From Geosiphon pyriformis uo1 (lineage: Eukaryota > Fungi > Glomeromycota), in contig JAAOMT010000512.1 of NCBI GenBank assembly GCA_016748015.1, positions 530,719 to 594,718 on the forward strand: 64,000 bases of DNA, given 5' to 3'. Made by a program: the position numbers and the translations under genes. Positions 37,246-51,337 of this stretch are shown piece by piece. Position 1 is the stretch's first letter; the number at the start of each line of letters is the position of its first letter. The notes under the pieces are model-generated. The model worked only from the letters and a program-made list of their open reading frames with translations, was not told where the DNA came from and made no database searches.

Positions 37246-37892
37246 TTATCACATGTATTAGCCACTGATGTCATATAATTAGCCACCCTATTTTTAGATA
37301 GTGATCGTTGACCTGATCAATAACCTGATCGTTGACCTGATCATTGACCTGATCATTAACTTGGTTGTTGACCACTTTAGATAGCTATATAAGTGATGAT
37401 TTCCTTAGCTGTAGAAAGACATGATTAAAGTAACGAAATAAACAATATCAATTACTTCCTCTTATAATCACTTATTCCCCTTTCCTTATCTTCAAGTATC
37501 TACTTGTTGGCATTCACATACCTTATCTTTTCCCCTTCTTGATTTGTATTTGTTAGAATTAGTCTGAGAAGCAATTGGCTTGCTCTTGTAATTTATTAAA
37601 TAAAGAAATGATTGAAAAGTACAATGATACCTGTTATTGATTCTAAGAATCGCCAAGTTGAGGCATAGAATAATAGCAGCGGTGTTATTTTGTTGACAAT
37701 TATGGATTATTCCTCTACCTTCAGATTTAAGAAAAGATTAGCGACTGTGATTTTTATGAGACTGATCATGCACATTGAATTCTTACTTATTCAATTTGCT
37801 CTCTTATTGTAATTCCCTCTTTGTTTATTTCCATCACCATATAATACTGTTCTCTCTTGCTATCTGTTAGCTTGTTACTCCAACCCGTAACA
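37215..37892 (+). repeat. 3' LTR of element B (678 bp) with 6 x 12-bp array at 37303-37374
   Basis: Matches the 5' LTR; 36 bp shorter, equal to 3 array units. Confidence 0.95.
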
Positions 37893-40800
37893 ATATTAAT
37901 AGTTTTAGGAAAGCCTTTACTCCTTCAAAATTTTCTGAAATAATCAAATCTTTTTTTATATCTGAGTTAAGTTTGAAAAAGTCAAGAGATTTGGCTATTA
38001 GTAAAAAAATTTTTAATAATAATGACATAAAAAAAACAAATAACTGTATAAATCAAGAAATGATCATTAAAAAAATCTTAGTAAATCTTCTCAAATTAGC
38101 AGTGAAGACAGTTTTTTCTAAATTTGGCAAGATTATTTTAATTAAAATACAGTTAATTGGTCTTTGGCAAAAAGGCCTTAGTTAAATTTGAGTTAGCAAA
38201 TATTGTTTATTTAGTTACTTTTAAGTAGTCAATTCTTATAAGAAAAATTTTGTGAATGTAATTTTGGCAATTAATAATAAACAATTGTGGATATTCAGAA
38301 ATTTTTATTAGGTATTGTTGTATACTTTGTTAATTGGCTTTACTGCTCATAATTTCTCTGATTTATTAAAATTACATGGTGAGAAAATTTGTTGTATTAG
38401 CTGTAATCTGAATTTATATGTGTATAATAGATGTGCTATAATTTGTTTTGTTGATGAAACATTGAAAGTAGTTGTTATTGGCTTTATTTTAGTCTTTAAG
38501 TGTGTAAATTTGCATTGGACTGGTCTTTTTTTGGTCTGTTGTGCCCTGTATAAACAATTTAGTTATATCTCTAATATATGTTTAGTGAGTAAAAATTTTG
38601 GAATTCATAGTAAACAAATAGTTATTTTTCAGAATTAGGTTTATTTAGCCAATATATATAAAAAAAACAGGCTCTAATTGCTTGTCTAGTGTTTTTTAGT
38701 AAAAAAACCTGGGCTTAGATTGCTAATGATTCCATTTTTTATGTGGTGTCTTTAATTTCTTTTAGTGCTAGTTCATTTTCGGATGTTAAACATATCTTGT
38801 TGGTTTTTTTAAAAGTTAGTACTAGGTTTGCTGTTCTTAAGTACAGTCTTATCAGTCTTACAGAGCAGATTGACAAGCTGGTTAAGAGATTAAATGCACT
38901 TAAGCCAATGGTTTTTCAGCTTAATCTTGGATGTTAGCCATTAGTAACTTCTTTATCACAAAATCAAAAAGCAGATATAATGATAAGTGAGAGTTTGAAT
39001 GCAATCACTAATAGTAAAACTGTTGTAAAAGCAGTAGTTTTTAATCAATTGTTTATTTAAGAGTTAAAAAAAACATGAATAATCTGTTAACTATAGTTAT
39101 AAGCCTAATAGTCAAGATAAACAATTTTAATTTGGGTGTAAAAAATCTCTCTTTTTAATAACAAATCTGGTATAAAAGTTTGCTATTTGTAATATTAGAG
39201 ATATAAATATCTCTGTCAAGCAAAAAGACATTGTTTGTTAATATATAAATTGAATATTATGGTTTTTTTTGTTATGAAAACAAAATTAAAGTTTAATATC
39301 AAATTTTAAATTGTAAATAAGTTTGTAGAAATACAAATCTTTATATCTGGTTTGGAAAAAGATTTTCTTGGTGCTGGAATAGCTATTATTATAAACAATT
39401 TTTTGGTTTAACATGTCTCTAAGATAGAAAAAGTTCCTGGTTACATTGTTTTAATATAGCTTCTCTTTAAAAGCAAGCTTTTAGTCACGATTTTGGATCT
39501 GTATGCTGGTGTTTTTACTGAAACTAGTTTTGGTCAGGCTTTAAAAATCAATTTTTTTATTATCAAAACTATTAATTTCAGCACTTTTGTGGTTTTGGAC
39601 AGGAATTTTAACAAAAATAGATTTGAAAAGAGTACAAGTTTCAAGTTTTGTCTGAATTTGGGTTTGGTTAACTCATTTAGTAGACATTTATTAATTAAAA
39701 TCTTAACTTAGAGCAACTCAAAGAGTGTGAAAAAATATAGATTACATTTTTGTTAGTGAAAGCTTATTATTAACAATTGCTAATTAAAAAGTTGATTCTG
39801 TGTCTATATTCTTTGACACCAATCACAAAGCTGTCTTGATTTTAATTGGTTTGGATGGGCTTTTAGATATTTATTTAAATGGTTTATGCAAAAAAACTAA
39901 TAAAAATTATTGAAAGTTCAAAATTAAGAATACAAATAGTATTAAGTGAATATAATTTAGAGAACACTCTTTTGTCAAGCTTTTAATAATAAAAAATAAG
40001 TTTTTAAATGCTAAGACTTATAGTGATTTGAATGCTATATGAATGCTGCTAAAAAAAGTAATAGTAAAATTAGCTAATAAAATATTTTTGAGACATTAGT
40101 TTAGTGAACTTTAGTGTTCGAAAAACAAGCAGTCTTTTAAGTTTTTTGGATTAAAATTGTTAATTGCCAAAATTATTAAGATATTGAGTTCAAGTAACAT
40201 GTTTAAATTTGATTGTTTCATTAAAAAATAGTCAACTTTGGATGGTAATAAGACTCTTATAATTATGGACATAGTTTAGAATAATATAAAGCTAATAGAT
40301 ATTTTTAAACATTTGTTATTGGTTTAAAAGAAATACAAAAGATCCAAGATGTAAAGTCAAGATTGGCTGAAAAAGCATCTATTAAGAAGACAATTAGAAA
40401 GTGCATAGAAGATTTTAGTTTTAATAAAGATGGTATAATTAGAAGTATTTTGAATTGGTTTTTTTACAAAATGGTTTTAGATTATTTGGTAGTAGATAGT
40501 AAGTTGGTTCTGAAATCAGAGAAAGTAAAACTTAGTATTAATAAGATAATAAAGAGTTGGACAAAGAAATAAGGTGTATTTGTGACAATACCTGATTTTT
40601 GGGCTTGCCAATATATATTATTGAATTATATAAAAAATAATGCTTTCTTTGATATGATAAAAGAAATCAATATGAGAAAATTGCTTTTGGTAATTGATGA
40701 TTTGCCTGATGGCAAGACTGCTAATTTGTTTGGCATTCCTAATGAACTTTAGAAACATGGTAACAATAAAGTAGTGAAGTGCTTTTTGAATCTGTTAAAT

Positions 40801-43800
40801 ACATATTTGTTTATTGGTGGTATTCTTACTTTATAAAAAAAAACTTGGATTTTGATGATTTTTAAACTTTATAATTGAAATAGAATTCTAATAAACATTT
40901 GACTTATTGCTTTGATTAAGACTGCCAAAAAAGTTCTTTCCAAGATTCTATCTAATCAGATTTTGTCTGTATATAGCAAGTTTGGTGTTTTTTGAGATAA
41001 TAATTTTTTGGTTTTAAAAGATATATCTATTTAGTGTTCTGTATTTACTGTTGAATTAGTAATTAAGAATGTTTTTAAGAAGAATAGAAAATTCTGATTG
41101 GTCTTATAGGATATGTACAAAGCATATGACTTAGTTGATTGATATTACTTAAATGCTAGCTTGCAATAAATCAAAATGTGTAATAAGTTTATCAAATTTT
41201 TTGGCAATATACATAAAAATAGGATCAATAAAATAATGACTAATTTTGGTCTTTTAAGTGGCTATAAGATGCATAATGGTTTGGATCAGGGTAAAGTTTT
41301 CTTACTCTTTTTTTGAAAAAATTTTTATGATCTACTTTTATATAAATTAAGAAACATAAACAATTGTACAGATACTAAATTAATATTAAGTTTGTAACAA
41401 AGACTGGCAAAATTGAAAATAGTAGTAAAATGTCTTTTTTTTTTGTAGTTAGTGTATTTGTTTATAACACAATTTGGATTAAAAGTTGTTAGATTTCTAT
41501 TTAGTATGTTTTGAATATTGCCAATAAGTTTTTTATAATCAATAATATCTTAATTAACAATAAAAAAAACTGTAGCTATTTTTATCAATCAAAATATTAG
41601 AATTGTTTTTTTGAGTATTAATAGTCAGCTGATTTCAATTGTCAAAAAAAGCAAAATACATAAATATCTGAGGATTTTTTTGTTGACCAAAAGATTGTCC
41701 AAGCCAAGTATAGTCAAGACTCATTTTAATGTTCAATTTTTTGTCAATATAGTACTTAGAAAAGCTATTATAAATAAACAGTTCTCTTATTTAGTGTTAA
41801 CTGTTTTACAACTCATAGTTAATTATAGAATTCAGTTTAATTTTGTTTTATTAAGTGTGTATTACAAGTAAAATGTTATGATTAGAAAGAGTCTTAAGTC
41901 TAAAGTCTGTTTGTTCTATGATTTTTCTAGTGAGATTTTATATTTTTCTTCTTTGTATGGTCTGAAATTATTTAAGCAGATATAGTTTGAAAAAAAATTG
42001 GCTGTTTTAATTTTCTTTTCTAATGCTTTGGGTATTTTTAGATGCTTATTTAATTATAGATTCTTGAATTTGCAGATTTTGAGTTGGACTTCTTTGAATT
42101 TCTTGTAATTTTTTATCAAGTTACTTGTTAGTTCAGTAAACAACTTTTTGGCTAAAGTGGTGAAAATTTTTTTAGACAATAGACTGTTCTTGATAAACAA
42201 TCTCTCTAATGCTTTTCATAGTTTTAGTGATTTTCTAATATTAGTAATTTTGGAAAAACCATGTATTTTAGTTTTATTCACTTTTTGAAGTGATTTGGAA
42301 TTGCTTTTAATAATAGGCTTTTTGATAAAAAAACAATGTAATGAATTAAAAGACTTTTTATTATTAGAAAAAACTGGATTCTAAGAATTTTGTGTCTTAT
42401 TGGTTTGAGCTTATATTGGAATTTTTGCATAATAAAAAATTCTGTATTAAGTGATTTTGCTAAAGTTTATTAGTTGTTGGGCTTGAACATTTTGGAATTC
42501 AAAAAGTTTTCTGACATTTGGAGTGGTTTACATAAGATTTGGTTTGGTTTGTTTGAAATTTATATGAATAATTTGTTAAAAAATGCTGGCTTTGCTAATA
42601 TTACTAATAAAATAACTGCATATTTTCTAGCTGTAGATATAAATATTAATATTGAGATTTATGGACTTTTGTTTTTTACTATGGTTAAATTACAGATTGT
42701 TGCTCTGTTCTTAAAGTATGTTCTATTTTTCTGCACAGTGATTTTGTATTTTAACAGCCAAGTTGCTATTAATACATATGTGTTTATAGTATTATTTATT
42801 GTGCCAGACTTTTATAATTGATGCTAGATAGAAAGAAAACATATTGCTAATCTAATTAGAAATAAGAATTTTACTGTAAATTGGGTAAAAGTCAAAAGTT
42901 ATTTGGGTATTTATGACAATATAGATGCTAATATAATAACAGATGAAGCTGTTTACTTTTTTTTTTCTTTACTAATAGGAGTATAGAAACATTTTTTGAT
43001 GGCTAAAAGCACAGCTGTATTTAACAATATCTGTTATTTTGTTTAAGATTTATATAAGTCTGTTTGTTGTATTTATTAAGAAGCTGGTTTTAACCATAGT
43101 GTAATTTTGAGTGTGCTGATTAAAAATATTGATTAGATAATTATTGCAAAGATTTAGTATCCTAATTTGCATATGCTTTTTGAGTTTACTAATAGAAAGT
43201 CAGCAAATATGTACATATATTTGATAAAGATTATATATAGCTGGCTGTCTATAATGGTCAAAAAAAAATTATACAATAAAAAATATTTTAGTGTGCTGTG
43301 TTTGTTATATAATAAGATAAAGTTGTCTAATTATGTATTTACTTATGTTTAAGATATTAATATTCAGAAAGAGATTTTAGTTGAGACTTTTATATAAGAA
43401 GTTATGTCTATAAGTGTTTATGGGCAGTTTTTTTCTGCTATTTTGCTAACTCTTTCTAGGTGTTTTTTAGATATGGGTCTATATATAATGATTTGCAAGA
43501 GATTTATATTAAAGAATTAGTATGTAAAAGCTGTTGAAATTTTTGATAAAAAGAAAAAAGCTATTTTAAAGTTCATTAAATATGTGAGACATTTAGTAAA
43601 ATCACATTATGTTAAAACATAGCTAGTAAAATCTGAGTATAGAATAAATATAAAAAAAGCTAATTTAATTAAGAATAGTAATTTGATTTTAAGGTTGTCT
43701 TGTAATGTGGTGTCTAGACTATCTGATAGTATGATCAAAATGCTTGATGTTATTGAATTTTTTGTAATTAGTTTTGGCTGTCACAAATTTTGTGCTTTTT

Positions 43801-43989
43801 TTTCTAGTTTAATTAGTAATATATATGTTTATATAAGTATATAGTATTGTTTTGTTTAGCTTGAATGACTAATCATATGTAGTAAGTATATGAATTATAT
43901 TTAGTTTGAGTCACTTAGTTTGGTTCTATGTACTAGATAGCAATTGGGCTTTATTTAATAAATTGCTAAATAAAAAAATAAAAAAAAAT

Positions 43990-44576
43990 TAATTGGTTAT
44001 TAATTATAAAATATTATTATTATTTTTTCTAAAGTCTTTTTATAATTTTTTATTTATTAATATTAAGTTTTATATAAAAATTTTTATTTTGTTGGCTTTT
44101 TTATTATTATAATTTTGGTTATAATTATTGTTAATTTTATGATTGGTTCTAAATTAAATTCTTTAAAATTTTAAATCTTAGATTTAATTATATTAATAAA
44201 ATCTGTTATTAAACTAATTAGTTTTTTAATAATTTTAGTTACTTTTTTTTGGCTGTAAATAATTATTTAAATTATAAAATAAAATTTAATTTGGTTATAA
44301 TAAATTATTATTATAAATTTTGGTTTAATTTTAAAAGTTGTTTAAAAATTTTGTTTATTTAAAATTAAAATTAATTATAATTAAATAGATAATAATAAAA
44401 TAAATATTGCCAAATTTGTTTTTTAAGTAAGTTAATTTTTGAATATTTAATATTATTATAACAAATAAATTTTTTTAATATTAAAAATAATATAATAAAA
44501 AGTAAATTGTTTTTAAGTAAATTTATTTTAACAGTCAAAATTTAAATATTTGTATTAATAAACTTAATAGGTTAAA
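43990..44576 (+). mobile_element. Decayed ORF1-only LINE derivative, split by LINE 2; continues at 51338-51480
   Basis: Homologous to 18330-19050; the matching continuation, including the decayed tail, lies right after the LINE 2 poly(A). Confidence 0.5.
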
Positions 44577-47500
44577 AATTAATAATTTGTAAAAACTTTT
44601 TTCTCTCTTTTATCTTAAATTTCCAAAAAAAAGTTAAAAAGTTTTTTAAAAGAAGTTTTTTATTATTTAGTATGATAAATTTAAACCGGTTTTGCTTAAT
44701 TACAAAACTATTGTTGGCTTTAGTATTGCTGTTATAAAAAAGACTGTTAAAAATTCTGGTTTAACTAATGGTTTCAAACTTGTGCTATTAAGAAAAAAAA
44801 GGAGAAGTGGTATTTTAAAAAATAATATCAAAATTAAGAGAGTTTCTGCTAAAAAATTAAATAGTCATTTTTGGAATCCAGAAGCTAGTAATACTATTAA
44901 ATCTGATAGTATTGACATAGAAAAAGAGTGTTTGATTAAAAAAACCAGTTTTAATTATGATAATGAGACTGTTTTTGATAACAAAGATACCAATCAAATG
45001 CTAAAGAGATTACATATTAAAACCAAGAAGGCTTTGGAAAAACCATTAGACAAAATAAATTTTTTGAGTAATAATGATAATGATAATATTCTGTTGGATA
45101 TTCTGCTAACTTTCTCTCTTCTTTTGAAGAATTTGGTTGTTGTCTCTGTTAGAAAGTTATTTACTTTGGATATTAAATTGGATAAGATAACTGAGAAGTT
45201 TTCTTAAGAAAAGCTTGCAGTAGTTAAGAAGTTATTTTTAAAAGTCAATAATTTTAGAGAGCATCTATTCCCTCAAAATTTGCTGACATTATTAGAGTAA
45301 CATTCACTTCTGAATTGAGTTTGATACAAGCTACTAAAAAGACTAAGGATGTAAAAATTTTGGTTAATACCAATCTCAAAAAATTCATTAGACATTTAAA
45401 TTAGGTTGTAATAGTAAAAAAATTCCAATTAGGACATTAGTTGAGGCTGTGTGTGCTGTGCTATCCAAGTTTAGATTGATTAAGTTAATCAAGATACAAT
45501 TGGTAGGACTTTGGCAAAAAACTATAATAGAGTTTAATCAATTAGATCAGACTAATTTGGTCATAGTAAAATAGTTCATCTTAATTAAAAAAGATACTAT
45601 GTATATTGTTAAGACTGATTTGAACAAAGTAATATGGAATACAAAGAATTAGCATATGACACTTCTTTATATATTGCCAATAAGAACAAATACTTATAAC
45701 ATCTAAGACTTTATTGGTTTTGTGAATGAAAAAACATGTATTATTAATTAACATTCAATTATATATGCTCAGATTAGATATGCAATTGTTTGTTTTGACT
45801 CAGCTAAATTACTGGATGCTGTCATAGAAACCATGCCAGTTTTAAAAGGTGCCAATTTGCACTAGTTTTATCTAAATTCAGCAAAGTATACTAAGTATAA
45901 AAAATTAAATCATATATTATTAAATTGTTTTGTGAGTAAAAAAACTCCTTCTGGTGGTTTATCTTATAGAATATTGTCAGAAAAAAATAAAAGCAGATTG
46001 GCTTCTATTTATGTTAAATGTTTAGTACCAATTGCCTGTTCTGTTTTTTTTGGTAGTGTTTTTTGGACCAAGATTGTTGGTGGGTTCTCTTTCTCTCTTC
46101 TTCTTGCACAAAATGATTTAGTTGGTTCTGGTTTTTTTTTGGAGATAAAGCTTATTCTGCTGGTGTCCATGGAATTAGACAGTAGATTTGCCATTCTTAA
46201 GCACAGTCTTACCAGTCTCACAGAGCAAGTTAATAAACTGGCTAAAAAGTTGGATTCATTCAAACTAACAGTTTCTCAGCCTAATCCTAAATATTAGCTA
46301 TTAGTAAACTTTTTATTATAGAATCAAGGAGCAAATATAGTAATAAGTGAAAATTTGAGTGCAGTTATTAGTGATGGAACTGCTGTAAGAATAATAAGCT
46401 TTAATTTTTTAGTTGTTTTAAAATTGAAAGAAACTTTAAACAATTTATTGAGTATAATTATAGACCTATTGATCAGAGTAGACAATACTGATTTGGGTTC
46501 TGGCACTTGTTTCTTGCAATAACTGATTTTATTTAGAAGATAGCTATATATAATATTAGGGGTATAAACAATTCTGCTAAGCAAGCCAATATTGTTTATT
46601 GGCACAAAAATATAAACAATTTAATTTTTATTGTTACTGAGACAAAATTGAAAGAAAAAGTTCATTCTTGAATTATGAACAAGTTTGATGGTGTTTGAAT
46701 GTTCACTTTTGGTTTGAAGTCTAGTTATTTGGGTTCTGGTGTTGTAATTATTATGGATGTTAGTTTGGCAAAACATATATACAAGATTTTAGAAGTTGCT
46801 GATAGGCTTTTGTCTATTAAGCTGCTTTTCAAAAATAAATTATCTGTTTTAATTTTGGAGCTGTATACTGGTGTCATTCTGGCTGTGTGTTTGTCTTAAG
46901 CTGGTAATGTCAACTTTTTAATTGTAAAGACTGTGAACAAATTTTCTTTTATAATTTTGGGTGGAGATTTCAATAAGAATGGTTCTTATAGATGTGCTAG
47001 TTTTAAGAAATGTCTTGATTTGGAATTGGTTAATTCTTTAATCAGAAATCTATTTGTGAAAGTCTCAACTTGAGAGAATTCTAGAGATGTTATAAGAACA
47101 ATTGATTATGTATTTTTTTCTTTGAGTTTTGTTAATACAATAGTAAATTATAATATTGTAAACATTAGCAATTACTTCAATACTGATCATCAAGTCATTT
47201 TTGTTTCTGTAGATTTGAGCAGTTTATTGGATATATGGCTAAATCTTGTACATAAACAGACAAATAGAGATTGTTAGAAGTTTGATGTTAAAGATATTAA
47301 TAAAATAAAATAGAACAATTTTAAAGATTTTATAGTAGTCAATACAACAATGTTCTCTGGTAAGTTTGTTACTTCTAAAAGATTTTTGAATCTGAATGCT
47401 ATGTGAGATGTGGTTTACAAGATAATATGTTTATTAACTAATAAGATATTCAAAAAAAAAGTAGTTTAAAAATTTTGATAGTGTTTTTACTAAAAACTTT

Positions 47501-50500
47501 TTCAAGTTCTATAAGTTGGAAATTTTGGTTTTAAAGATTGTTAAGTCTTTACATAAAAGTGTTAATTATAAGTTTGTCTTTTTAATAGACTGTTGGACTT
47601 TTTTGGACAATAACAAAACTTTTATTATTCAGGTTTTTTTGGATTCTGGTGCTAATTTTAATTATGTGCAGTTTGTTTTTTGTGACATAAAAAAATCATA
47701 TCATACCTGCAAATTTGCCAAGTTACTAAGAGCCAAGAAAGTTCATATTAGATTTGCTATTAATAAAAAAATGGAAAGCTTTACAGTTAACAAAAATCAT
47801 ACTATTAGAAGTGTTTTAGAATATTCTTTTTGAAAAGTAATATTAAATTATTTGGTTGCTGATAGTAAATTGTTTTTGAAGCCTGTTGAGATTAAATCTA
47901 AAATTGATATAATTATAGAAGGTTAGACAAAGAAGAGAATAATATTGGATCATGTTTTCAATCTGTGGCATTGTCAATATCTGCTACTGGCTTATATTAA
48001 TAATACTGTTTTTTCCAATATTATGAATCTTATCAATTATAATGATATGATACATGTGATCAAGGATCTTTCTGATGATAAAACTGCTGATTTGTTAAGT
48101 ATTATAAATAAGCTATAGAAGTATTGTGATAATTTTGTAATCAATATGTTTCTGGAAATTTGAATTTCTGTTTGGTACATAAATCTGTATCTTAATCCTA
48201 AAAAGAAGCTTGAATATCAATAATTTCTAAACTTTATAAGTAAAAGAACATTCTGACCAATACTAATTGTATTAATTGAAACTGCTTATAAAATTTTCTC
48301 CAAAATACTTTTCAATAGAATTTTTTGGTTTGTAATGAGTTTGATATTCTTTATAAAAACAATTTTTCTATGCTAAAAAGCACTACTACTCAGTCTTCTA
48401 TATTTGCTGTTGGCTCAGTAGTTAAAAATACTTTGGAAAAGAGTTATGAACTTTGGTTGGTCTTGCAAGATATGAGAAAAGCTTATAACTTTGTGAGATA
48501 ATATCATCTAAAAAATAATTTAGCTTAAGTTAAAATGTGTAAGTAATTTATAAAATTCTTTGAAAATATTCACAATAATAGGGTTAATTGGGTAATGACT
48601 AATTATAATTTGACTTATAAGTATTAAATGTATGATAAACTGGACCAAGGTGAGGTTTTTTCTTTTCTGCTCTGAAAAATTTTCTATAACTCTCTTTTAT
48701 GTAAAGTTAAAAGACAAGAGAGTTTATGCAGTTACTAAATTGATACTAAATTTGTTGTCAAAACTGACAGATTGGAGAATCAAAGTAAACTAATCTTATT
48801 TCTAGCAACTGATACTTTTGTTAATAACACAATTTGAGTTAGGAGTAGTCAGACAGTTATTTAATATATTTTAGATATTGCTAGTGATTTTTTGAAGATT
48901 AATAATATTGTGATTAATAATAAAAAGACTGTTGTCATTTCTATTAACCAGAGAATTCAGGATGTTTTGTTATTAATAAGTAGATTGCCAATTTCTATTG
49001 CATAAAAAGATGTGTTTCATTGTTATCTTGGTATTTTTTTGTCTTTTGAGAGCTTATTCAACTCTAGTCTAGTAAAGACTTACTCAAATGTTAAATTCTT
49101 TTTTAACAAGATTTTGAAAAAGATTATTTTAGATAAACAGTTTCTTTATTTGGTTTTGGCAGTGCTGTATTTTATTATTAGTTACAAGATCCAGCTCAGT
49201 TTTATTTTTAAGGGTGTGTATAATAAATAGGATACATTGATCAGAAAAAGTTTAAAAATAAAGGCCAGACTATTTAGAAACTTTCTTAATGAAGCTTTTT
49301 TTCATCTATTTTTGTATAAACTGAAATCTTTTGAACAAGTATAAACAGAGGGTAAATTAGCTTTGATTTTGTGTTTTTCAAATGCTAGTAGTGTTTTCAG
49401 TCAGTTGTTCAATTATAGATCTCTAGATTTGCAGGTTTTAAGTTGATCTTCAATACATCTTTTACAGATCTTTGTTAGATTGAGAATCAGTCCAGTCAAC
49501 AACTTTTTGGCTGGCATAGTGAAAATTTTTTTAGATTATAACATGTCTTTTGACAATATTTTTCTTTCTGCATTTTGATTCTTAGAGAGCACTCTGATGT
49601 TTACTATTTTAAAAAATTCATTATTCTTTGATGTTTCCAGATTACTTAAGAGATTTAATATTGCTTTTACTAAACAATTGTATAATAAAAAAGAATCAAT
49701 TTTTAACTAAAAAAGTTTTTGTTGTTGAAAAAAACTTGATCTTAAAGAACCAGTTTCTGTATGGTTCAAATTAGCATACAAATATTTAATTAACTTTTCT
49801 GGTTATTTCTGTGCTTAATCTATTACTATTAACTTTTAACTTTCAAGTGTTTTTAGTTTTAATAGTTTGTTTAGAGTATAGCAGTGTCTTTTTGATGCTA
49901 ATTTAGATGTTATTAATGTTTATACAAATGGATCACTAAAAAACTTAAATACAAACAAGATAAAATGTAGTACAGTTGGGTTTCTTATTGATTTAAATCT
50001 GAGTATTAATGCCAAGATTGGTGGTTTGGTTTTTTTCATAATAACTGAATTACAGACTATTGTCCTAGCTTTGAAATGTATTCTAATTGATAATAGTATA
50101 ATTGTATATTTAAATAGTCAAACTGCTTTGGATGTTTGTATTATTGAATTAAAATTAGTTTTGCTGGATTTTTACAATTAGTGTTAGATAAAAAAACATA
50201 ACATGGTAAATTTCATTAAAGATAGGAAGCTTAATATATTTTGGTCTAAAGTTAAAAACCATTTAAAGGTTCTGAGCAATAAGTATGTTGATAAGCTGGC
50301 TTGTTTGGTTTTGTGTTCAAATTTTATGATTCTTGTTTTAGTTAAGAAAAGTTATATTAAGATTAATGAGATAATAATACCAGGAAATATTTATCATTTT
50401 ACTTGCAATGTTTTTAGAGCTGTCTATCAGGCTCATTGAAAGATTGGGCTTGGGTCCAATATAATTAATACTAATATGATTGGTAATATGAATTGGAATT

Positions 50501-51337
50501 GAACTTTATTTGTTTGGTATCTTAACTCATATATGGTGTTTGGTTTTATGAGTAAACTTAATGTTAATCTGCATTTATATTTTATGAAGACTCTGTATTG
50601 TTATTCACCAGTTACTGTAAGAAAACACTTGTATAATAGAACATATCTCAGTGTGTTATGTCTTTATTGTAGAAAAATAAAACTTTTTGATCACTTATTT
50701 ACATATGTAATAGACTCTGCTGTTTATAATATATTGTTTGATTCATTTATGATCTAGTGGACTTCTACATTAAGACCATGCTGGTTGTTATTTTATATTA
50801 TGTAGATGCTTTTTACTTGTGTTTTTGATTTTAAAATATATATAGCTTTATACAAGTATTTTGTTTTTAAAGATTGGTTTTTGAAGACTTTATCTATTTT
50901 TGGCTGTGCTAAAGTTGTTGGCATAAAAATTATTGAATTAGTAAGAAATTTGGAAAAGGCTCATTATAAAGAGATGTGAATGATTAAGACTAAGTACAGA
51001 GCATTTATGAAAATTAAAGGTTTAATTATATGTGATGGTTTAGTACAGTCAGAAATCCATGGATTTTTTTATTGTTTTCTGATAAAATTGTTAAATTACT
51101 TGGTATTGTTAAGGCACATGATATTAGTTTTGGTTTTTACAAACTTTGCAATTTTTTTTTTAGTACTAATAATATGATGTTTGTTAAAATAGTTCTATAA
51201 TGTTGCTCTAATTGGCTTAAGTGGCTGGTCACATATAGAAAATACATGATTTGTATCTAGTTTAGATCACTTAGTTTGATGTATTGTGTTAGATAATATT
51301 TGGGTCTCACTCATTAAATAGTAATAAAAAAAAAAAA
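44577..51337 (+). mobile_element. LINE 2, near full length (ORF1 ~44690-46520; ORF2 ~46520-51180 APE-RT-RNase H), decayed
   Basis: IVTETKL, ILGGDFN, TIDYVF, NTDHQ (APE); LDQGEVFS, FVNNTI (RT); VYTNGSL, TELQTIVLAL, WSKVKNH..NKYVDKLA (RNase H); CLYC..DHLFT; tail + poly(A); candidate TSD gttaaa at 44571 and 51338. Confidence 0.9.

Larger units (their letters stand above)
30177..37892 (+). mobile_element. Full-length Ty3/Gypsy LTR retrotransposon B (least decayed element here)
   Basis: LTRs 30177-30890 and 37215-37892; perfect 4-bp TSD atat; PBS; gag-PR-RT-RH-IN order. Confidence 0.96.
29902..43988 (+). mobile_element. LINE 1 (ORF1; ORF2 = APE endonuclease, RT, RNase H, Cys/His C-terminus), decayed, interrupted by LTR element B
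   Basis: ORF1 29902-30176 and 37893-39160; ORF2 from about 39160: KFAICNIRDIN, VLDRNFN, DTNHKAV, LDQGKVF, decayed FVDDTIW, RNase H (IYMNNLLKNAG..VKLQIVAL..WVKVKSY); 3' tail and poly(A) 43855-43988. Confidence 0.88.
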
